From Promethearchaeota archaeon (GTDB taxonomy: Archaea > Asgardarchaeota > Lokiarchaeia > Sigyniarchaeales > SOKP01), in assembly GCA_048940445.1 (NCBI GenBank), contig JBHLON010000040.1, forward strand, positions 2,347-27,824: DNA of 25,478 bases, given 5' to 3'. The notes beneath the pieces were generated by a model, which was not told the origin of the DNA, did not search any database, and was given only the letters and a program-made list of their open reading frames with translations. Positions 17,565 through 25,478 of this stretch are shown here, piece by piece. The translations under genes were made by a program, and so were the position numbers. Each line of letters starts with the position of its first letter. Within the stretch, counting starts at the first letter, position 1.

Positions 17565-18677
17565 CTATTCCCATGTATTAACAATTGCCCCATTATACGT
17601 AATAGAACGTAAACTTGCTTCATTTATCGCTATCACTGTGGCTGGAATTTCAACGTAATATAATGCTGGAGCATAAGATTGGGCTTGATGAGTACACCAC
17701 CAGAGCCAATTTGTTAAAGCTCTTGCTTTTGTTAAGGTCATGCCAGGAATTACATTTAATTCTTGATAAACCAGCATATATGAAAATGATGAAATTGGGT
17801 ATGCATCTCCACAAGTTGGACCTAATTTAAAATAATTTCCTACAGATTCCCAATTTTCATCTCCAGCGGGCAATGTAGTTGAAGCATAATCAGCTGCGTC
17901 CGCTACAGTTGCTAAGCTTGGTGAAGAATAAACTAGATCTGCGTTTTGTATCAAAGCGTAATTAATATTACTTTCAATAGCATATGCTAATTCAATATAG
18001 CCAATTGAGTAATCATTTGTTTGAAGATACTGCGCTACTCCAGGATTTCCTTTTTGGCCTATAGTATCAGGGTCCCAATTTATGGTCTTAGAGGCTCCAT
18101 AAGTAGAATTCCACATTGCACTCTCATCTGATAAAAAGCTGGTAAACACTGCTGTGGTCCCACTTGAGTCTGATCTATGAACAACCGTAATTGGTTGATT
18201 TGGTAAAGTTACTCCTTTATTCAAATTTTGTATTGTTGCATTATTCCACTGAGTTATCCACCTTGCATATATTTGAGCAATAACTGATCCCGTTAAATTA
18301 AGATGTTCTGATATTCCAGGTAATCTATAACCAACAACCACACACCCTATTGTCATGGGCAATTGTAAAGTACCTGGTGCCGCCAACCATTCATCTGTTT
18401 TCATTGGTGGATCTGATGCTGCAAAATCCACTGTTTTTGCTGTATGTTGAGTAATACCTCCGCCACTCCCAATCCCCTCATAATCTACTTGAATTCCAGT
18501 AAGGCTATTAAATTCTAAAGACCATTTTTGATATAAAGGTGCTGGGAAAGTAGCTCCTGCCCCGCTGAGTCTAATAGAAGTTCCAGGTTGACTTACAATA
18601 AAAAGTCCAGCACTGAACCCTATAATTGTTCCAATTAAGGCAATTGTTAAGGCATATATTATAGTTCGTTCTCGCAT
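17565..18677 (-). CDS. pstS: Phosphate-binding protein with an N-terminal membrane anchor
   Basis: GAGATFP, GSGGG, DFAASD, HRSDSSGTT, GYIE, YPIS. Hydrophobic N-terminal helix with no lipobox Cys. Confidence 0.95.
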   Translation of the reverse strand: MRERTIIYALTIALIGTIIGFSAGLFIVSQPGTSIRLSGAGATFPAPLYQKWSLEFNSLTGIQVDYEGIGSGGGITQHTAKTVDFAASDPPMKTDEWLAAPGTLQLPMTIGCVVVGYRLPGISEHLNLTGSVIAQIYARWITQWNNATIQNLNKGVTLPNQPITVVHRSDSSGTTAVFTSFLSDESAMWNSTYGASKTINWDPDTIGQKGNPGVAQYLQTNDYSIGYIELAYAIESNINYALIQNADLVYSSPSLATVADAADYASTTLPAGDENWESVGNYFKLGPTCGDAYPISSFSYMLVYQELNVIPGMTLTKARALTNWLWWCTHQAQSYAPALYYVEIPATVIAINEASLRSITYNGAIVNTWE

Positions 18678-18767
18678 TAAAAAAATCTCATTTTTGTTGT
18701 AAATTGTAATTTTTGTTTTAAATTTGGTTATTTAATGTTATTAGAAGCATAAGATAAAGTATTTCGA

Positions 18768-18806
18768 TATAGATTCTATCTTGATATTTAGACTATAGAT
18801 TCTATA
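18768..18806. promoter_or_regulatory. Two copies of the palindrome ATAGA-T-TCTAT upstream of pstS; candidate operator
   Basis: The exact 12-mer TATAGATTCTAT occurs at 18768-18779 and 18794-18805 (26 bp period), 90-130 bp upstream of the pstS start. Confidence 0.55.
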
Positions 18807-18888
18807 TAGTTCTGCTTTTTAAAGTCTTTAAAGAGTCTTTGACTACTTCTTAATTTTTAATAAGTTAAAAATAGCTATTATTGGAGAG

Positions 18889-19407
18889 CTATTGATCTGA
18901 TGTAATCACATAGTTCACTAGGCTTTCAAAAGCGATTTCTACATTTAATCCACTTTTAGCAGATGTTTTTATATAATCGATCATTCCAAGCTGCTCTTGT
19001 GTTTTTTTTGCATAAATGTCTGCCACCATAGAAAATTCTTCCAAATCACATTTTGCAGCAATTAATGCAATTGGTAGGTTTTGATAATACTTTTTTACAA
19101 GTTGTACCCACTTTCTGATGTTTACAAAACTAGTCATGTTAGTTATATCAAAAAGCACTAACGCCCCACTTGCACCCCTCATATATTTATCTATCATAAA
19201 GCGAAATCTTTCCTGACCAGATATGTCCCAAAAAATTAGCTGGCACATTTTAGAATCTATTTCGATTTGCTTTGTAAGAAATTCTACTCCGATTGTCATT
19301 GTTGTTGTATCGAAAAACCTTCCTTCAACGTATCTATGCAAAAGTGTAGTTTTACCAACGCCTCCATCTCCAAGAATGATAAATTTAAAACTTAGGAATT
19401 TTCTCAT
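18889..19407 (-). CDS. Rab-like small GTPase (Ras superfamily)
   Basis: GDGGVGKT, TIGVEF, WDISGQERFR, YMRGA, VLFDIT, AKCD, TSAK; RabF-like motifs present. No C-terminal Cys. Confidence 0.92.
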   Translation of the reverse strand: MRKFLSFKFIILGDGGVGKTTLLHRYVEGRFFDTTTMTIGVEFLTKQIEIDSKMCQLIFWDISGQERFRFMIDKYMRGASGALVLFDITNMTSFVNIRKWVQLVKKYYQNLPIALIAAKCDLEEFSMVADIYAKKTQEQLGMIDYIKTSAKSGLNVEIAFESLVNYVITSDQ

Positions 19408-19513
19408 AGCTCACGCTTTCTCTTCTATCCTATAATAGAATGTATACAATATAAAAGTTGCAGAAAGATTTTAAGGGTAAAGCTATATTGTTTTAAAAAC
19501 ATAATTTACAATT

Positions 19514-21658
19514 TTATGTATTATTGTTAGCTAAATCAAATGCAGATGTAAACAAAGATCTTTTTGATTTCTTTTTTTTTTGTTTAAATTCTACAGATGA
19601 TGTTCGATAGACATTTGAATCTAATTCCGATATAAATTGTGATATTTTGGCAATTTGATTATCCCTATAGGTTTGAACGATCGAAGGAGATATCAAATAA
19701 AGCTGATCTTTTGCTCTTGTTACCGCAACATAAAATACTCTTCTCTCTTCTTCAAAAGTGTCAATATCACCTATCGTTCTGCTTGAAGGAAAGAGATTTT
19801 CACATAACATAGGAATGAATACAATGTTCCATTCAAGTCCCTTAGCTCGATGTATTGTAGACAAAATTATTGGCTTTTCTTCAATTTTTTGATCTCCCAC
19901 AATTATTGTTTTTGATTCCAAATTTGAGTAATTCAAGCTCAGATTTTCTAAAAACTTTTGGACTGATGGGAAATTTTTAGCATAAATGCCTAATTGAATT
20001 AGGTCTTCGATTCGATCTTGCCAGTTATCATACTTGGCTTTTAGATGTTCTTCAAGCAACGGTATCAAATTTTGGATGACTTCATCCGCATTATCTTCTG
20101 ATTTAAAGGGAATGAGTTGTTTTGTATGAGAAATAAGTTTTTTTTTACCAATTTCTGAGATTCTTGACCCTTTTAAGTGTTCTTCAAGAAATATCTTGCT
20201 GGATATATTTTGAATAGGGTTATCAGTTTTAGAAATCGCAGTAAATAACTTAATTCCTGATTTAGTACCAATACCAGGAATTATTGAAAAGATTCTCATC
20301 CAAGAAATTTCATCAAATGGATTTTCAAGTACTTTTAAGTGAGCTAACATATCTTTAATATGTGCTTTTTCGAAAAAAGCTACTCCAGCCCGTACTTCAT
20401 AGGGAATATTTTTAGCTTTAAGTTCCATCTCAATTCTCAAAGAATGAGAACCGGCTCTAATTAGAATAGCCATTTCGGACAATTCAAACCCATCTGATCG
20501 TAATTTTAAAATTTGATTCGCTATGAATCGAGCTTGATCCCAGTCATCACCAACGTTTACTTGATAAGGCTTGATTCCAGCTTCCCTTGTTGGTTTCATT
20601 TTCTTATGATATTGCTTTTTATTATATCTAATTGAATCATTTGCCAATTCTAAGATTTCAGGAATACTTCGATAATTAAATGTTATAGTATAGCGTCTAC
20701 AATCCTTATAACGACTTTCAAAGTTTAAGATATTTTCATAATTAGCCCCTCTAAATGCGTAAATACTTTGAGCATCATCCCCAACAGCCATAACATTATG
20801 TTCTACGTTTTGTTGGGCAATTTTGTTGATAATTTTATCTTGAATATAATTTGTATCTTGATACTCATCTACTAATATATATTTAATACGCTTTGCTACA
20901 AGTTTTGCCACATATCTTTCATCTAATAGTTTATTCCAAAACACTAAAAGATCATCAAAATCAACTAAATTATCCTTTGCCTTTTTTTTTCTATAGAGAT
21001 CAAATACTTCCTTTAATTTCTGGATAACTGGCTCGCTATCAAATTGACTATATTTCCACTGAACAATCTCCTTAATTTCTTTATTACAATTAATAGAAAA
21101 AGATAAAATATCCTTACACATTCCCGCAGTTGGAAATCTTTCCTCAATCTCTTCTTTTACATTTGCATCCCCTATAGCGAGTTTCATCAATCCCTTTGAG
21201 TCAGTCTCATCCATAATAATATAATTAGGTTTTAGTCCCATCGTCTTAGCATACATCCTTAAAAATCGATTAGCTAATGAATGAAAAGTTCCTGCCCATA
21301 TTCCTTTTGGTCTCTTACCAAGTAGTTGTTCTACTCTTTTGATCATTTCATTTGCAGCTTTATTAGTGAAGGTTACTAACATTATTTCGCTTGGTTTTAT
21401 TCCAGATAAAAGTAATTTTGCAACAGAGTAGACAATCGTTCTCGTTTTCCCTGAGCCTGCTCCAGCAATTACTAACATTGGGCCATGGATATTGTTCACC
21501 ACACTGAGTTGCTCTTCATTTAAATCATTTTCAAAGTTGATTTCATTATATTTTTCTTTCTTTTCTGAGATTTCCTCTTCGAATGTTTCAGCGAAATCTT
21601 CATCATAAAATTCAAAGACATATTCTTCCGTTGTTTTATGTTTTTCTGAAACCATCAA
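19514..21658 (-). CDS. UvrD/PcrA/Rep-family SF1 DNA helicase (start may be ATG at 21655)
   Basis: LNEEQ, AGAGSGKT, TFTNKAA, TFHS, LVDEYQD, VGDDAQSIYAFRGA, NYRS, STIHRAKGLE, EERRVFYVAVTRAK. Confidence 0.95.
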   Translation of the reverse strand: MMVSEKHKTTEEYVFEFYDEDFAETFEEEISEKKEKYNEINFENDLNEEQLSVVNNIHGPMLVIAGAGSGKTRTIVYSVAKLLLSGIKPSEIMLVTFTNKAANEMIKRVEQLLGKRPKGIWAGTFHSLANRFLRMYAKTMGLKPNYIIMDETDSKGLMKLAIGDANVKEEIEERFPTAGMCKDILSFSINCNKEIKEIVQWKYSQFDSEPVIQKLKEVFDLYRKKKAKDNLVDFDDLLVFWNKLLDERYVAKLVAKRIKYILVDEYQDTNYIQDKIINKIAQQNVEHNVMAVGDDAQSIYAFRGANYENILNFESRYKDCRRYTITFNYRSIPEILELANDSIRYNKKQYHKKMKPTREAGIKPYQVNVGDDWDQARFIANQILKLRSDGFELSEMAILIRAGSHSLRIEMELKAKNIPYEVRAGVAFFEKAHIKDMLAHLKVLENPFDEISWMRIFSIIPGIGTKSGIKLFTAISKTDNPIQNISSKIFLEEHLKGSRISEIGKKKLISHTKQLIPFKSEDNADEVIQNLIPLLEEHLKAKYDNWQDRIEDLIQLGIYAKNFPSVQKFLENLSLNYSNLESKTIIVGDQKIEEKPIILSTIHRAKGLEWNIVFIPMLCENLFPSSRTIGDIDTFEEERRVFYVAVTRAKDQLYLISPSIVQTYRDNQIAKISQFISELDSNVYRTSSVEFKQKKKKSKRSLFTSAFDLANNNT

Positions 21659-21997
21659 TATTCATTGAATTAAATCTTTATATTTCATACTATCTGTAAT
21701 AATAAGTATATTTAATGATTATTAAAAAAAATCTTTAGCTCTGTAGATATTTTTCAAATTGTATTATGAACTCTCTATTAAGAATACTTAGTATTAATTT
21801 AATTCATCTTAATCGATATTTTATATACTTATATATTTTTTGGTTTATCTATATATGCCTGTATTTAGCACTCTGATTTCCTTTTATAATTTTAAGATTT
21901 TTTAGAGAAAAAATATATAAAATATATAGATAGATTTTTTCTATAAAGATATAATTATAATAAATAGGTATTAATAGAAAATCAAGAGGGTATATAT

Positions 21998-23005
21998 ATG
22001 GAATATAATATCGATACACGAAGAGTTCAACAAACTGGGGGCTCTTCATACATAATTAGTCTTCCAAAAGAGTGGATTGAAAAACATGGTATTGTAGCAA
22101 AAGATACGATTGGAATACTTTCACAACCAGATGGGAACTTATTAATAACACCCTATATAAATTCTCAAGAATATGTAAAAGAAAAGATTTTTGACGTTGA
22201 TAATATTAATAACGCAACCTACTTATTCCGATTACTTATTGGGGCTTATGTTATGGGTTATACAATTATTAAAATGAAGACTAGCAGAAGCAAATTTAAA
22301 TCCGAAATTAGAGAATGCATAGAAAATTTTATCAATATTGCTATGGGACCTGAAATTATAGAAGAAACTAGTCAATATTTACTAATTAAAGATCTAATTA
22401 ATCCTAAAGAAATGCCTTTTGAAAAGACTATAAAAAGAATGTATATCTTAGCTCAATCTATGCATGAAGATGCTGTTATGGCTTTGGAGACAGGTAACAA
22501 AGCTTTAGCGAAGAAAGTAATTGAAAGAGATGATCAGGTTGATAAACTTAATTGGTTGGTTGAACGACAATCACATATAGTCCTTAGAGATATCATTTTA
22601 TGCCAGAAAATGAATATTACTTTAGAAGATGCTAGTAATTTTCAATTTATAAGTAAGTTTTTAGAACGTATTGGAGATCATGCTGTGAATATCGCTAGAA
22701 ATGTTTTAAAAATCGATTATAAGAAAATAGATAAGCAACTATTTAAGAGTATTACTGATGTGAGTAAAATTTCATTAGAGCTATTAAACATAAGCCTCGA
22801 TGCTTGGTTAAGAAAAGACCTAAAATTAGCAAATGAAAATATAGAATCTATTGATACGTTTTTAAATGCATGTGAGAAAATAATATTCAATTCAGAAAAT
22901 GCAGCTCAATTTGCTATTGAAATAGGTAATATTATTGAAAGTATTAGGAGAACTGGAGAATATTCATCAGATATTTCTGAAATCATTATAAATAATCTAA
23001 TCTAG
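21998..23005 (+). CDS. Archaeal phosphate uptake regulator: AbrB/SpoVT DNA-binding domain plus PhoU domains
   Basis: N-terminal RRVQQTGGSSYIISLPKEW (AbrB-like), ERDDQVDKL, LERIGDHAVNIA, ESIRRTGEYSSDISE. Confidence 0.92.
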   Translation: MEYNIDTRRVQQTGGSSYIISLPKEWIEKHGIVAKDTIGILSQPDGNLLITPYINSQEYVKEKIFDVDNINNATYLFRLLIGAYVMGYTIIKMKTSRSKFKSEIRECIENFINIAMGPEIIEETSQYLLIKDLINPKEMPFEKTIKRMYILAQSMHEDAVMALETGNKALAKKVIERDDQVDKLNWLVERQSHIVLRDIILCQKMNITLEDASNFQFISKFLERIGDHAVNIARNVLKIDYKKIDKQLFKSITDVSKISLELLNISLDAWLRKDLKLANENIESIDTFLNACEKIIFNSENAAQFAIEIGNIIESIRRTGEYSSDISEIIINNLI

Positions 23006-23017
23006 GTTAAGATAATG

Positions 23018-23302
23018 TTAAGTTTGAAAATTTTTTCTGACACTTATTAAAGTAGTTGTGGCCTCAATCCATTGTTTTAAATCATTGTCAAGCCTGCAAA
23101 ATGAAATAATTTTCTCTAATTCACCTAAATTACTAAAAATACACTCAATTAATAAATCCCATCCGCCATAAGTGGGTGTTACATATGTAATTTTCCAATT
23201 TTTATCAGAAGTATTCGAACTAAAATCTTTTAACTTTTTAACGATATCCCATTGAGTATCAATAATTTTTAGCCTAATCAAAATATATCCACGATAATAG
23301 AT
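23018..23302 (-). CDS. Small Lrp/AsnC ligand-binding (RAM)-like domain protein; start uncertain (TTG 23281 or ATC 23302)
   Basis: YRGYILIRL first strand, TYGGWDLLIE (G.wDl motif), IEATTTLI last strand. No HTH. The frame is open upstream of the TTG to a TAA at 23315-23317. Confidence 0.6.
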   Translation of the reverse strand: MYYRGYILIRLKIIDTQWDIVKKLKDFSSNTSDKNWKITYVTPTYGGWDLLIECIFSNLGELEKIISFCRLDNDLKQWIEATTTLISVRKNFQT

Positions 23303-23512
23303 TAGTTTGTCACCTTAATCCTTTAGTTTCAATTCTTTTCTTTGCTAAATCGTTAAGTATATCTAAAAATTATTAAGTCTATTAAAACTTTTCAAGCTTT
23401 CTATTAAGTCTAAAATGATTTTTTAATAGTTACGGAATTTTTTTATATAAGTTTATAAGAATATGATATATCGAATTTTTATAAAATTATAATCTAAAAA
23501 AGGGAATTTGTT

Positions 23513-24472
23513 TTGAGTGAAAGCAAAATTTTTTCTAAAAAATTGTTTCTATTCATTGTTATTAATATTATAGCTATATTTGTAATTGGCTTAATACTAA
23601 TATATTCAGGTTATAACATTTATTTCGATGAATTGTTCTTTACTAATGACATAACTTATATGATTTTTAGTGCAATCAGTTTTTTGGGTGATACTACATT
23701 CATAATATTAGTAATGGCAACTCTTTGGTTTGTTTATGATGTTAGATTTGCTAAAAACTTTGCTCTTAGTATTTTAGGATCATATTACATTAATTCATTA
23801 TTGAAGGATATAATACAAGACCCTAGGCCTTGGACAAACATAAAAACAGGGTATACTGATCCTGGTTTTCCTTCTGGACATGCACAACAAAGTGTAGCTG
23901 GTTATGCTTATCTAGGCTATGAAGCTTATCAAAAAGGAAAGAGATATATTGCATGGTTTTTCATAATTCTTGTATATTTAATAGCTATATCTCGTATAAT
24001 TGTAGGAGTTCATGATGTGGAAGATATATGGGGCGGATTGTTAATAGGAATAGTGTGGTTGATCATTTTCATTCTATTGGAACCAAGAATCTCAGAGATT
24101 ATAGGAAAATCTAAGTTAATAATAAAAATCTTAGTATCAATTATAATACCCATTGCTTTGTTTATTATAGCTATTTTAATCTTTCCTACTTCTGAATCTG
24201 TTTATGGATTAATAACAGGAAGCATGATGGGTCTCTCTTTAGGATATATTATAAATAAAGAATATATCGAATACGACCCACGAAAAATTAATACAAAACA
24301 AAAAATCTTGAATTTTATAATCGGTATAGTTATCACTTTAGTTCTCTACTTAGGCTTGAGATATATTCCTTTAGACTTCTTAGGGCAAATTTGGGATTTT
24401 ATTCGATATTTCATCCTAGCAACAATATTAACTACCTTGGTCCCTTGGATATTCACAAAAATTCAACGATGA
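23513..24472 (+). CDS. PAP2-family integral membrane phosphatase
   Basis: K-x6-RP (KDIIQDPRP variant), FPSGH, SR-x5-H-x3-D (SRIIVGVHDVED) and many TM segments. TTG start. Confidence 0.92.
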   Translation: MSESKIFSKKLFLFIVINIIAIFVIGLILIYSGYNIYFDELFFTNDITYMIFSAISFLGDTTFIILVMATLWFVYDVRFAKNFALSILGSYYINSLLKDIIQDPRPWTNIKTGYTDPGFPSGHAQQSVAGYAYLGYEAYQKGKRYIAWFFIILVYLIAISRIIVGVHDVEDIWGGLLIGIVWLIIFILLEPRISEIIGKSKLIIKILVSIIIPIALFIIAILIFPTSESVYGLITGSMMGLSLGYIINKEYIEYDPRKINTKQKILNFIIGIVITLVLYLGLRYIPLDFLGQIWDFIRYFILATILTTLVPWIFTKIQR

Positions 24473-24506
24473 GCTAATTTTAATTATATTTTTAATTCTT
24501 TTATTT

Positions 24507-25478
24507 TTACCAATAAATCTCTTTTAAAGATTTATGATATTCGTTTAAGGATTTGATTTCAATATTCTTTTTCCGAACATTTTCAATAGCATTAACAATG
24601 GCTTCAGCTAATTGTAAATTGATTATAACGGGGATATTGTAATCGATTGCCATTCTCCTAATTGCATACTCATCTTCCATAATTTTTATGAACTTCTCCT
24701 CAACGGTAGTTGCTAATGGAATATTAATAACCATATCTATGTGCCCATTTTGCAAGCAACTCATTATATTTGGTTCCATCCCATATTCATGCACTTTATA
24801 TAATCTCACAGCATTGATACTGTTTTCGCTTAACACCCTTTTTGTATCCTCAGTTGCAAATATCGCAAAACCTAGTTCTTTTAACTTTTTAGCTAGTGGT
24901 ATAATTTTTTGTTTAAGACTTTCCCCTCCTACAGAGAGCAAGATATTTCCTTCATTAAGAGGGACATCCATCTCCGTTGCTTCGAGTGCTTTCATCAAGG
25001 CGTCAGGAAAATCGCTACCAATACATGCAACTTCTCCTGTTGAACTCATCTCAACACCAAGGATTGGATCTGCCTTATCTAATCTCATAAATGAAAACAT
25101 AGGTGCCTTGATAGCTATATAAGGGCCCATTGGTAAATCCATTAGCCGTTTTGAAATCTTTTTATCCATAATGACTTCGGCTGCTAATTTCATTAAATTT
25201 ATTCCCCGCGTTTTCGAAACATAGGGCATACTACGACTTGATCTTAAATTACATTCGATCACATATACTCCACCGTTTTTAACAAGATACTGGATATTAA
25301 ATGGTCCTTTAATTTTAAGAGCTAAAGCAATTTCTTGAGTGTATTCTTCTATTTTTGATATAATGGCTCTAGAAATAGTTTGTGGGGGAATTGCCATTGT
25401 CGCATCACCACTATGAATTCCAGCATTTTCTATATGTTCAACAATAGCACCAATAAATACGTTTTCTCCATCACAAAC
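24507..25478 (-). CDS. carB: Carbamoyl-phosphate synthase large subunit, C-terminal part (5' end outside the window)
   Basis: The frame is open to the window edge (EHIENAGIHSGDA). GPFNIQY, IECNLRSSRS, LGVEMSSTGEV, then an MGS domain (FATEDT, MVINIP, IRRMAIDYNIP). Confidence 0.96.
   Translation of the reverse strand, partial: VCDGENVFIGAIVEHIENAGIHSGDATMAIPPQTISRAIISKIEEYTQEIALALKIKGPFNIQYLVKNGGVYVIECNLRSSRSMPYVSKTRGINLMKLAAEVIMDKKISKRLMDLPMGPYIAIKAPMFSFMRLDKADPILGVEMSSTGEVACIGSDFPDALMKALEATEMDVPLNEGNILLSVGGESLKQKIIPLAKKLKELGFAIFATEDTKRVLSENSINAVRLYKVHEYGMEPNIMSCLQNGHIDMVINIPLATTVEEKFIKIMEDEYAIRRMAIDYNIPVIINLQLAEAIVNAIENVRKKNIEIKSLNEYHKSLKEIYW

Noticed and set aside
18821-18840. Short AAAG(A)GTCTTT-like tandem repeat
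   Set aside because: Only two imperfect copies in AT-rich DNA; not a CRISPR array or a convincing site.
21849-22049. 66 aa Tyr/Ile-rich ORF
   Set aside because: Translation of AT-rich promoter DNA overlapping the start of the AbrB-PhoU gene.
8895-25122. Short ORFs 8895-9134, 13218-13451, 13310-13573, 15412-15633, 15754-15939, 17615-17830, 19223-19435, 24688-25122
   Set aside because: Antisense to conserved genes; no independent coding evidence.
11446-25478. Clustering of glutamine-linked enzymes (GOGAT, NadE, CarB) as one system
   Set aside because: Different strands and separated by unrelated genes; no shared regulatory motif seen.
1-25478. tRNA, rRNA, CRISPR arrays, transposases or integrases
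   Set aside because: Intergenic regions are short and very AT-rich, without GC-rich stems or periodic repeats; no mobile-element ORFs seen.

Overview
AT-rich archaeal chromosome segment, most likely Asgard (Lokiarchaeia-like). This is inferred from two Rab-like small GTPases, an archaeal-type stand-alone ThrRS editing domain, an AbrB-PhoU regulator and GGTGA/GAGGT Shine-Dalgarno motifs. From left to right: (1) a tightly coupled operon of a split glutamate synthase (a tandem FMN-domain fusion running off the left edge, then a GATase+GXGXG subunit), EtfB and a ferredoxin-fused EtfA, followed by an unannotated, stop-interrupted C-terminal remnant of glnA; (2) a stand-alone ThrRS editing domain, a heterodimeric ABC exporter and glutamine-dependent NadE; (3) pstSCAB-phoU-arsC flanked on both sides by Rab-like GTPases, with a repeated palindrome upstream of pstS; (4) a UvrD/PcrA helicase with a C-terminal FxxA-like motif, an AbrB-PhoU regulator, a small Lrp/AsnC-like protein, a PAP2 phosphatase and the 3' end of carB. 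The best candidate for an undescribed system is a glutamate synthase coupled to a bifurcating-type ETF. I saw no RNA genes, CRISPR arrays or mobile elements. All calls come from motif recognition by eye; no searches were run.
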